Below, piece after piece: positions 19,913 to 27,649 of a stretch of 64,000 nt of DNA. Origin of the DNA: a virus; the IMG/VR virus record IMGVR_UViG_3300008952_000003, positions 129,158-193,157 of that record, one strand, 5' to 3'. The position numbers and the translations under genes were made by a program. The notes below the pieces were generated by a model. The model saw only the letters and a list, made by a program, of their open reading frames with translations, did not search any database and was not told the origin of the DNA. The stretch's first letter is position 1. The number at the start of each line of letters is the position of its first letter.

Positions 19913-20593
19913 ATGAGCAAAAAACTTTTGAACGAGTCAACTATTCGTCGCTTCGGCCAGTTGGCCAACATGAATTCTTCTCTCGTTTCCAATTTCATTC
20001 AGGAAATGGTGGAAGAAGAGACACCTCCCTATATTGGGGAAGAAGAGGAAGAAGACGGTGATCTAGGCCTCGATGGCGAAGTTGATATGGAGCTTCCCCC
20101 GGAAGAGCCAGTCATGGACTATCCCGAAGATGAGGCCCTGGGCGAAGAACCAGCAGATCTTGCATCGAAAGTGATTCAAGCTGTTGCCGACGCACTAGAT
20201 ATCCAGGTTGACATTGTGGGTGGCGCCGCAGACGATCTTGGACTTGAAGACGATCTCGCCGCAGACGATCTTGGACTTGAAGACGATCTCGCCGCAGACG
20301 ATCTTGGACTTGAAGATGATTTGGAGGAGAGTGATGTCGGACAGAAATCTTTCGACGCTCTCGTCGCAGCAGTTCTCCAGGAAATAGAGAATGTCAAGAG
20401 TACAGACGAGACTGAAATCACTGAAGCCGAAGAGGCAGACGAGACTGAAATCACTGAAGCCGAAGAGGCAGACGAGACTGAAATCACTGAAGCCGACGAA
20501 GCTGATAAAGCCGAAATTGACGAAGAGGTGGTTCAGGAAGTTTTGCGTAGAGTCAAGAGTCGCATTGCAAGCCTTCGCAATAAAAAATCTTAA
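19913..20593 (+). CDS. acidic repeat-containing protein, candidate prohead core/internal virion protein
   Basis: very acidic, LNE/LEE/ITE motifs, two 11-aa tandem arrays, late motif upstream. Confidence 0.55.
   Translation: MSKKLLNESTIRRFGQLANMNSSLVSNFIQEMVEEETPPYIGEEEEEDGDLGLDGEVDMELPPEEPVMDYPEDEALGEEPADLASKVIQAVADALDIQVDIVGGAADDLGLEDDLAADDLGLEDDLAADDLGLEDDLEESDVGQKSFDALVAAVLQEIENVKSTDETEITEAEEADETEITEAEEADETEITEADEADKAEIDEEVVQEVLRRVKSRIASLRNKKS
20225..20323 (+). repeat. 3 x 33-bp tandem repeat (AADDLGLEDDL)
   Basis: gccgcagacgatcttggacttgaagacgatctc x2 exact plus 1 variant. Confidence 0.95.
20405..20503 (+). repeat. 3 x 33-bp tandem repeat (DETEITEAEEA)
   Basis: gacgagactgaaatcactgaagccgaagaggca x2 exact plus 1 variant. 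Confidence 0.95.
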
Positions 20594-20611
20594 AACACTT
20601 TAGTGTGCCCT

Positions 20612-20654
20612 AAATGCCATGATCCTTATTTTTCTTAAATAAGCCATGGCATTT
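20612..20654 (+). terminator. hairpin, probable terminator
   Basis: AAATGCCATG/CATGGCATTT outer stem with CTTATTT/AAATAAG inner stem after ORF stop. Confidence 0.55.
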
Positions 20655-20673
20655 TATATTTGAGAGTGGATAA

Positions 20674-21066
20674 ATGGAAAATATTTTAATATTTGCCTTT
20701 GGGTTGGTGGCTGGAGCCATCTTTTATCGAGCAGCAGCAATTCTGCGAGTGGCGTGGATAAACCTTTTAATGTTCCGTATGGTAGAGTTACAATGCCTTC
20801 AGATGCTGGCAATGTCTCTTGAGGACGCCGCGTTCATGAAGGAAGCGCGCCGACAAATGATGCAAAAGGTCCGTATATATGACAAGAACCAGATAAGAAT
20901 AATAGAGAATGAAGATCAATACAACCTTCAGAATTGGAAGGACAACTCAATCGATCGTTTAATTAATCGATACCCAAAGAATTACAAGAAGACTTTAAAG
21001 TATCATGATTGGGGGACTGCAATGAAATATCTAAATGCTCATGTGGAGAAAGTGCTTGACAGATAA
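20674..21066 (+). CDS. hypothetical protein with N-terminal TM helix
   Basis: ORF, hydrophobic N-terminus. Confidence 0.65.
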   Translation: MENILIFAFGLVAGAIFYRAAAILRVAWINLLMFRMVELQCLQMLAMSLEDAAFMKEARRQMMQKVRIYDKNQIRIIENEDQYNLQNWKDNSIDRLINRYPKNYKKTLKYHDWGTAMKYLNAHVEKVLDR

Positions 21067-21084
21067 ATTGTTTTGTGTTATACT
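21056..21084 (+). promoter_or_regulatory. sigma70-type promoter
   Basis: TTGACA-17-TATACT. Confidence 0.8.
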
Positions 21085-21112
21085 TATTTATAGATAGAGG
21101 AGAAAAGGTCTC

Positions 21113-21436
21113 ATGGAAGCAGTTGCATGGAAACACTTTAGAAGCGGTAATAATTATTACTATGTGATTCAACTAAATAATATAAGGGGTATACGCCAAA
21201 AGAGAGAAATTGAAAAACACCTTAGAGATTGGAAATTTCACGGAGAAGGGTTTGATCCCAAAAACAAAGAAATGACACTGTTGTTTAGGAGGAGTTTCGA
21301 TAGCGACGAGAGTTGGAAATCCTGGGCTCAGTTATTTCCATACGTCTTGATTGAAGTAGGAAAGAGCGGAAAGAATAAGCCATACAAACTGGGATTAGAT
21401 TACATGAATTCCCCCAGGAGAAAAAAGAATGCCTGA
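21113..21436 (+). CDS. hypothetical protein
   Basis: SD GAGGAG behind promoter. Confidence 0.7.
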   Translation: MEAVAWKHFRSGNNYYYVIQLNNIRGIRQKREIEKHLRDWKFHGEGFDPKNKEMTLLFRRSFDSDESWKSWAQLFPYVLIEVGKSGKNKPYKLGLDYMNSPRRKKNA

Positions 21437-22019
21437 TGAAGATAGTCCTCTGAATGAGGACACAGACACAGACACAGACGCGGAAGCGGAAGAGGTACCA
21501 CAACCACCACCAGAGCTTCGCGTTATTGGGCTCTTTGGTGAAGTGTCGGAGAAAAAAGCCGAAGAAATAATCTATGGACTAATGCTGTTAGCGCACGAGG
21601 CGCCTGAAGACATCGATTTGTGCATCTCCTCCACTGGAGGCGCCGCAATTGATATGTTCGCCATATATGATGTAATGAGGGTGCTGAGAGAGGGTGTAGA
21701 TATCAGTACGATCGGCCTGGGAAAGATAATGTCTGCTGCAGTTCTATTGTTGGCCGCCGGCACCAAGGGAAAGAGGAAGATAGGCAGATATTGTCGAGTC
21801 ATGATTCACTCTGTAATTTCTGGGACACACGGAAGCCTCCATGATTTAAATAATGAAATGAGAGAGATAGAATATACTCAGGATCAATATATCGAAGTTC
21901 TGTGCAAGGAAACCAACCTCACCGAAGAGAAAATTAGAGAGATGTTTTCTAAGAATGTTAATATATATCTTACGGCTGAAGAGGCAGTTGAGTATGGAAT
22001 TGCCGATGAGATAATTTAA
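21429..22019 (+). CDS. clpP: ClpP-like protease subunit
   Basis: ISSTGG, STIGLG..MSAAVLLLAAG, RVMIH, YLTAEEAVEYGIAD; triad Asp position reads Asn. Confidence 0.9.
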   Translation: MPDEDSPLNEDTDTDTDAEAEEVPQPPPELRVIGLFGEVSEKKAEEIIYGLMLLAHEAPEDIDLCISSTGGAAIDMFAIYDVMRVLREGVDISTIGLGKIMSAAVLLLAAGTKGKRKIGRYCRVMIHSVISGTHGSLHDLNNEMREIEYTQDQYIEVLCKETNLTEEKIREMFSKNVNIYLTAEEAVEYGIADEII

Positions 22020-22029
22020 GGAGAACAGA

Positions 22030-22671
22030 ATGTCCACCATCAAGGGCTTGCATGCCAAAATAATTGCCGAGAACATAAAAGGGATTATGAAGAAAAAAGG
22101 ATATGCCTTCTTTGAAAAGGGGTCTTACAACGTTAATATTGTTGGCGTAAGATCAAAAGAGAGAAAATCAAATAATTTTGATGATACGATCCTCTTAGTT
22201 TATAAAAATAAGAAAGAACAGTGGGAGGTAATATCTTCTGTAGCTACCACCGATCCTGGAAAATACTACCTTGTTGATAGCCCAGTAAATGATCGCGGTA
22301 CTGCGATATTGGTCCCGAATCAATATAGGGGGATTTATCGCGTAGATATCCATGCAGCAAGTAATAAAAACTTTGCTCACGAGGCTCTGTGCCAGAGAGG
22401 CGGCGTGCTATCTGTGTGGCGTGATAATAATTTTGATGACATCTTGGATCACGACCCGGAGTCGATTGAGGAAGGTTGGTTTGGTGTGAATATTCATCGC
22501 AGCAAGTCTTCTGGTGCGGCAAATTATGTGGGCGCCTACTCCGCAGGATGCCAGGTTTTTAAAAATAGTACAAATTTTGATAACTTCATGAGTGTTGTTA
22601 ATAAATCTAAAGATAAATATGGCAACAGTTTTACTTACACTCTTTTGGAAGAAGAGGATTTTGAGGACTAA
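22030..22671 (+). CDS. YkuD/L,D-transpeptidase-like putative cell-wall enzyme
   Basis: GVNIH...YSAGCQV resembles the H-x(n)-SxGC catalytic motif. Confidence 0.45.
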   Translation: MSTIKGLHAKIIAENIKGIMKKKGYAFFEKGSYNVNIVGVRSKERKSNNFDDTILLVYKNKKEQWEVISSVATTDPGKYYLVDSPVNDRGTAILVPNQYRGIYRVDIHAASNKNFAHEALCQRGGVLSVWRDNNFDDILDHDPESIEEGWFGVNIHRSKSSGAANYVGAYSAGCQVFKNSTNFDNFMSVVNKSKDKYGNSFTYTLLEEEDFED

Positions 22672-22674
22672 TTA
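22667..22674 (+). promoter_or_regulatory. putative late promoter (leaderless type)
   Basis: ACTAATTA, 5 nt before ATG 22680. Confidence 0.55.
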
Positions 22675-22679
22675 GTAGT

Positions 22680-23996
22680 ATGGACGAACTAGATCTATTA
22701 ATCAAGAAAAGATATAAAAAACAAGACAGAATGGGTTCAGAAGAATTTGTTAAGTTTGTCGAAGAGACACTTGATAAATTCTATGATAGCTTGCCTCGCG
22801 CCACTATTCTGGCGGAAGGCGCCATCAATGAGGAATTCGAGAAGGGAAAAGAATTTCTATTGACTCTTCCAAAATTCGCACCCAATGAAAATTGGGGAAA
22901 GCCAGGGTCTGCCGACCGAGAGGCAGTCAATCGAATCTTTAATGCTATCGGTGGTGACGCCACCCTCGAAGCAAAGTTGAATTTTTTAGCAACTATCGGA
23001 AAAGAAGAGTCGGGAATAACATCTCCACGTCGAATAATATCGAGCCTGATAATCCTAGAGTCTCTATCGTCTATATTGACAAGTTTCCAGCCATCACCAG
23101 CCGGCTTTGTATTTGAGGCTTTCCTGGCAGCACTTCTGAGAGGAGCACAAATCCCAGCAGCCAACGCCGACACGATCGCCGACTTGGAGGCATTCACTCA
23201 TATCCCTTCTTCGGGCAATGCTCCAGCAAAAGTGCGAAAAGGATTGTCGATAAGCCTTAAGTTGCTTGCTCCTGGGACGGCAATCGAGGGAAGCTACACT
23301 GACCTCATAGACTCCCTGAATAAAGCGGGCTCAATGACGTATGTGATCGCGAGGAAGGTAGGGGGAGTTCTTAAAATTGAATCTTTCGTATTCACTAGGG
23401 ATAATTTCCTTAAAGCCATCAGCACGATGCAGAAGGGCACTAAACTTAAGTCAACTGCTGGGCTCTTTACTCTTCCTGGAAAAACTGGCAAAGAATCTCT
23501 CGAATATCTTAACAGTCTGGACTGGCCCGAGAAGTACAGGGAGCTTCAAAAAACACCAGGTTACCGTGGCAAAGTTACCCCAACAGAGGAGAAGCCAGAT
23601 AGAGATCCCGCGATCGAACCAACAGACAATCCCGACACTCAGTCTGTCACTACAGAGTCGCAAGAGCTTTTAGCCGAGTCATTGACCCAGTGGAGCGTTA
23701 CCGGTGGTCAGCTTGACACGCTGGGCAAAGCCGTGGTCTATGGACACCTGGCCGACCTGCCATATGCGCCAGAAAAGATTTATAAAATTGCTGAAATGAG
23801 AATGAAGGCTCTCGATGCTACATTGTTGGATCTCTTTTCCGCAACAAAAAGCTTGTCCGATAATGTAAATTTGTATTTCTCCGAAGAGCATCGCAATAAT
23901 GCGATCAGTGCTGGACAGTCTGCTATATCGGACACTACCAGAATTGCTGAGAACTTGAAATCTGGAATTGCAAAAGATAAAAAAGAAGTAAATTAG
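22680..23996 (+). CDS. hypothetical late protein, possible PD-(D/E)xK-like domain
   Basis: GFVFEAFL...IAD...SISLK pattern; late motif upstream. Confidence 0.5.
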   Translation: MDELDLLIKKRYKKQDRMGSEEFVKFVEETLDKFYDSLPRATILAEGAINEEFEKGKEFLLTLPKFAPNENWGKPGSADREAVNRIFNAIGGDATLEAKLNFLATIGKEESGITSPRRIISSLIILESLSSILTSFQPSPAGFVFEAFLAALLRGAQIPAANADTIADLEAFTHIPSSGNAPAKVRKGLSISLKLLAPGTAIEGSYTDLIDSLNKAGSMTYVIARKVGGVLKIESFVFTRDNFLKAISTMQKGTKLKSTAGLFTLPGKTGKESLEYLNSLDWPEKYRELQKTPGYRGKVTPTEEKPDRDPAIEPTDNPDTQSVTTESQELLAESLTQWSVTGGQLDTLGKAVVYGHLADLPYAPEKIYKIAEMRMKALDATLLDLFSATKSLSDNVNLYFSEEHRNNAISAGQSAISDTTRIAENLKSGIAKDKKEVN

Positions 23997-23999
23997 TCC

Positions 24000-24028
24000 T
24001 TGACATTTAGTTCAAATGTGTTTATAAT
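24000..24028 (+). promoter_or_regulatory. sigma70-type promoter
   Basis: TTGACA-17-TATAAT upstream of groEL. Confidence 0.85.
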
Positions 24029-24058
24029 ATAGTATACAAGACTTTTACGAGGTGTGAT

Positions 24059-25627
24059 TTGAAAAAACATTATGATTCTGGTTCCGAGATGAGTCAGCGT
24101 ATCTTGGCTGGCGTCAATAAGCTAGCAGATAACGTGGCTTCCACTCTGGGCCCAAGAGGCAGAAACGTCATATTGCAAGAAAAGAATAAGCGCCCCATTA
24201 TCACAAAAGATGGCGTTACGGTCGCAGGCTTTGTTGACCTTGAAGATCCTATCGAGAATGTGGGCGCCCAGATAATCAAGCAGGCAGCAGAACAAACCAA
24301 CTCTGATGCTGGTGACGGAACTACTACTGCCACGGTTCTTTCGAGAGCAATATTGAACGGGGCACAAAAGTATATATCATCTGGAGTACCTCCCATCGAG
24401 CTTCAGAGAGGAATAGAGAGGGCTGTACAGTCGATGGTGGAAAACCTCGACGCCGCCAGCCGCCCGATTATGTCCGAGGATGATATTGCCCACGTGGCCA
24501 CGATATCTGCAAATAACGATAAGCAAATTGGAAAACTCATAGCCCAGGCTGTATCTGCCGCTGGTAAGGACGGTGCGATAACTGTCGAAGAGGCCAGATC
24601 GTTTCAGACTAGTTTGGATTTGGTCGAGGGATTCAGGATGGATGCTGGCTATGCAGCCAGTGCCTTCATTACTGATGAGCGCCGCCGCGCAGTCCTATAC
24701 GAGGATCCAATGATCCTGGTTACAGATGAAAAAATTGATAATGTACATGATATTCTTCCCATTTTGGAACTCGCCGCACGCGAAGCTCGTCCTCTAATCT
24801 TTGTTGCTAGCGAGGTAGAGGGGCAAGCTCTCGCCGCGATGATCGTTAATGCCCTCAAGGGCACACTAAAGGTCGCCGCGATAAAGGCCCCAAGATACGG
24901 AGAGGAACGCAAGAATATCTTAAGTGATCTGGCGCTCTCTACGGGAGCAACCTTGATCACACGGTCAAGCGGGAAAAGATTAAAAGATGCTAAACTAGTG
25001 GACTTTGGAAGTGCATCGAGAGTGGACATCACCAGGGCGCAAACGACGATCGTCGGCGGAAATGGTGATCCAACTATGACTGAGATTAGAATTAATAGCC
25101 TTAAGGAAGAGTTGGTTGGTGAAGATAATCTGCATGAGTGCGAGAAGATACAGGACCGGATTTCACGTTTGGCCAGTGGTATCGCTATAATAAGAGTTGG
25201 TGCGTCTACGGAGATTGAAATGGTTGAGAAGAAGCACCGCATCGAAGATGCTCTTGAGGCAGTTCGCTCGGCCCAGATGGAGGGGATCGTAGAGGGTGGC
25301 GGCATCGCACTTCTCCGCGCCTCCACTGCGTTGAATGTGGAGGTCGAGAACCCGGACCAGGCGCTCGGTATTGAGATTATTAAGCAAGCTTCGCAGGCCC
25401 CGCTTCGGCAGATGGCAACTAATGCAGGCAGATCACCCGACATCATTTGTCAACTTGTTTTGGAGTCGAACATCGGCGACGGCTACGATTTTATAACTGA
25501 CTCCATCGTACATATGATTGATTCTGGAATAATAGATCCAGTGAGGGTTACTAAGAAAGCCCTTCAGAACGCGGCATCTGTATCTGGAACCCTGATAACA
25601 ACAAATTGTGCTGTGATTGAGGAGTGA
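24059..25627 (+). CDS. groEL: chaperonin GroEL (phage type, no GGM tail)
   Basis: TLGPRGRNV, ITKDGVTVA, AGDGTTTAT, KAPRYG, EGGG, IIDP. Confidence 0.96.
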   Translation: MKKHYDSGSEMSQRILAGVNKLADNVASTLGPRGRNVILQEKNKRPIITKDGVTVAGFVDLEDPIENVGAQIIKQAAEQTNSDAGDGTTTATVLSRAILNGAQKYISSGVPPIELQRGIERAVQSMVENLDAASRPIMSEDDIAHVATISANNDKQIGKLIAQAVSAAGKDGAITVEEARSFQTSLDLVEGFRMDAGYAASAFITDERRRAVLYEDPMILVTDEKIDNVHDILPILELAAREARPLIFVASEVEGQALAAMIVNALKGTLKVAAIKAPRYGEERKNILSDLALSTGATLITRSSGKRLKDAKLVDFGSASRVDITRAQTTIVGGNGDPTMTEIRINSLKEELVGEDNLHECEKIQDRISRLASGIAIIRVGASTEIEMVEKKHRIEDALEAVRSAQMEGIVEGGGIALLRASTALNVEVENPDQALGIEIIKQASQAPLRQMATNAGRSPDIICQLVLESNIGDGYDFITDSIVHMIDSGIIDPVRVTKKALQNAASVSGTLITTNCAVIEE

Positions 25628-25630
25628 GCC

Positions 25631-25638
25631 GCTAGTTA
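25631..25638 (+). promoter_or_regulatory. putative late promoter variant
   Basis: GCTAGTTA upstream of 25664. Confidence 0.4.
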
Positions 25639-25663
25639 ATACAATCAAGCGGAGGAACGCAGA

Positions 25664-25936
25664 ATGTCAGAAGAAGAAATTAAAATAGATATTGTTGAGC
25701 TAGGCGGAAAGATAGATAGAATGATAGATAACTTGCACGCCGTTCGCGAAAGGTGTGACGAGATAGCAGTGTGTGTGAACAAGGTAAAGAAAGCGGTATA
25801 CGAGCCAGATCAGGGATTGTATGCCAGACTAAGAGAGTTAGAGCAGTGGAAAGACCAGGCATCTAGGTTCCTCTGGGTCATCACGACATCTTTGATTGGT
25901 TTGATTACCGCGACAGTTTATAAAGCACTTTTTTAG
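25664..25936 (+). CDS. coiled-coil protein with C-terminal TM anchor
   Basis: heptad region then FLWVITTSLIGLITATVY. Confidence 0.65.
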   Translation: MSEEEIKIDIVELGGKIDRMIDNLHAVRERCDEIAVCVNKVKKAVYEPDQGLYARLRELEQWKDQASRFLWVITTSLIGLITATVYKALF

Positions 25937-25953
25937 GATACAAATGAGAGGTA

Positions 25954-26256
25954 GTGATGAGGGTTAATATAACTTATTCTGTAGATTTGGAGGACATTCC
26001 AATCGAAATAGATAAATTATTGCAAGAGAATAGGGAATTGTTAAATAAAATAATTGAGGATTTAGAATCTGTTTCTGGAAAGAATCCTCTTGAAATCATA
26101 GAACTAATTAATACTTCGCGAGAATCCCTTGCGGTAGTTGACGTAAGATTGTCGGAGTGCAATAACATCTTGTCGGGATTTATAGACATTCGAGCAAGGG
26201 GAGTTAACCAACAATTTATAGAAGTCGAGGAGGGCTCCCCAGATGGCCCCATTTAA
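25954..26256 (+). CDS. hypothetical protein
   Basis: ORF in operon. Confidence 0.65.
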   Translation: MMRVNITYSVDLEDIPIEIDKLLQENRELLNKIIEDLESVSGKNPLEIIELINTSRESLAVVDVRLSECNNILSGFIDIRARGVNQQFIEVEEGSPDGPI

Positions 26257-26485
26257 AGAAGGGGAGTATGTTCACATCCCTGCAGGAGTGGTGGCTTACA
26301 ATTTAGACGACACTGGCGATGTTGTGTCCTATTTTAAATCACAAGAGCCGCTCGTGTTGATGTATCTGGGCCACCGCCTCGATCCGAAATTCACGGGCTC
26401 CGAAATGTGTGATGTTTTTTACGAGGGGAAGGTTTACTCTGTTATAGAGGAAAATGTCTATGAAGTGAGGGGGGAAAGTGAGTAA
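26243..26485 (+). CDS. small SH3/KOW-like protein
   Basis: FKEGEYVHI N-terminus like the 39-49 kb array. Confidence 0.55.
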   Translation: MAPFKEGEYVHIPAGVVAYNLDDTGDVVSYFKSQEPLVLMYLGHRLDPKFTGSEMCDVFYEGKVYSVIEENVYEVRGESE

Positions 26486-26777
26486 TACTGTTAAATTTAT
26501 TGAAATTTATAATCGATCGGGCGGAGGCACAATCCGAGATTATAGTCTGAGAACAATTTATATTAATCCTGATCACGTGATCTCCCTAGTGGAGGACAGT
26601 AGGACTGCTAGGCTACTCCACGAGGGCGCCCTCCCCGACGATCTTGATCAAAGGCAGCAATTTACTAATATATCTTTGAATGTTGGGGTCAGCGGGCAAT
26701 CCATTGTAGTCGTAGGGCCTATTAGTGAGATCCACCATAAACTTTATGAAAGCAATAAAACACTACTGAAAGGATAA
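26478..26777 (+). CDS. FlbD-like small protein
   Basis: IYINPDHVISL...TNISL..G..IVV pattern. Confidence 0.5.
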   Translation: MSNTVKFIEIYNRSGGGTIRDYSLRTIYINPDHVISLVEDSRTARLLHEGALPDDLDQRQQFTNISLNVGVSGQSIVVVGPISEIHHKLYESNKTLLKG

Positions 26778-26780
26778 AAA

Positions 26781-27203
26781 ATGGAAATCCCTTGTAAGTT
26801 CGAGTCGGTCACTCAATGGCATGGCACCTCGTTGGGCGGCGAAACAAAACTAGGTCGATATGACGGAACAAACCTGAATATCAAAGGCCTTGGGTATGAG
26901 AAGTGGGCCTTGGTTGCCAATATCTTAATGGACAAGCCAATCCAGGAATATTTAGAGCGTGGCTTGACCGAAAAACAAGTCGTCGATGGATGCTTGGAGT
27001 TCTTGAACAAGCCTCCCACAAAGCGAGCCCGCAAGCCAAAGTATGGCAGGTTGGATTGTCGCTATTTTAAGGTCTTGAGTGACAAGATAACCATGTCACT
27101 GACGACAACAGAAAGAAATAGCAAATACTTCTGGGGTCGCGGCTCTAAGTCCCAAGAACCCAGGAAGATGTCTAAGCGCGGCCGACCAAGGAATCGCAAG
27201 TGA
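26781..27203 (+). CDS. basic hypothetical protein
   Basis: ORF with SD. Confidence 0.65.
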   Translation: MEIPCKFESVTQWHGTSLGGETKLGRYDGTNLNIKGLGYEKWALVANILMDKPIQEYLERGLTEKQVVDGCLEFLNKPPTKRARKPKYGRLDCRYFKVLSDKITMSLTTTERNSKYFWGRGSKSQEPRKMSKRGRPRNRK

Positions 27204-27649
27204 GCAATAGTAAAATGGTGCGATCACACTTGAGGCAGCTTGAGTGGTATTTGCTAGACAGATATGACGTTCACGTATCATTCGAGAAGGACGGAACGGA
27301 TGAGTATTGGTACGATCCAGAAAATCTTGAAGAAGACAAGGGGGTGATATCCATAAATTCATCAAAGACTCTGATGCACCAGCTTTATGTTTTACTCCAC
27401 GAGTCGGGTCATGTAATTTTGAGAGCAGATCCGACCGCCTTCAAGGAGGAGTTCCCTGATTCCTGTAGGAACACGCTTCCGGGCCGTCTGGAGATATTGA
27501 GAGAGGAAGTTCTTGCTTGGGACAAGGCAGGGGAAGTTGCCGAGCGGTTGGATATAAAGATCAATCAATGCACCTGGAAGGAGAACTACCGGGATGCTTT
27601 AGAGAAGTATGTTAGATGGGTATTGGATGGAGATGATGATGAGAAATAG
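27200..27649 (+). CDS. HExxH Zn-metallopeptidase-like (ImmA/IrrE-like) protein
   Basis: LLHESGH...EEVLAW. Confidence 0.6.
   Translation: MSNSKMVRSHLRQLEWYLLDRYDVHVSFEKDGTDEYWYDPENLEEDKGVISINSSKTLMHQLYVLLHESGHVILRADPTAFKEEFPDSCRNTLPGRLEILREEVLAWDKAGEVAERLDIKINQCTWKENYRDALEKYVRWVLDGDDDEK

Noticed and set aside
20225-20503. 33-bp repeats as a CRISPR array
   Set aside because: Units are head-to-tail with no spacers and are in frame within a protein
21459-21479. (GACACA)3 microsatellite as a phase-variation switch
   Set aside because: Hexamer unit is in frame (DTDTDTD) in a disordered N-terminus, so slippage would not change the frame
24649-25446. Long minus-strand ORFs (also 43214-43735, 22781-23197, 20176-20487, 44579-44986 and others)
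   Set aside because: Antisense shadows of well-supported plus-strand genes; no SD, promoter or motifs
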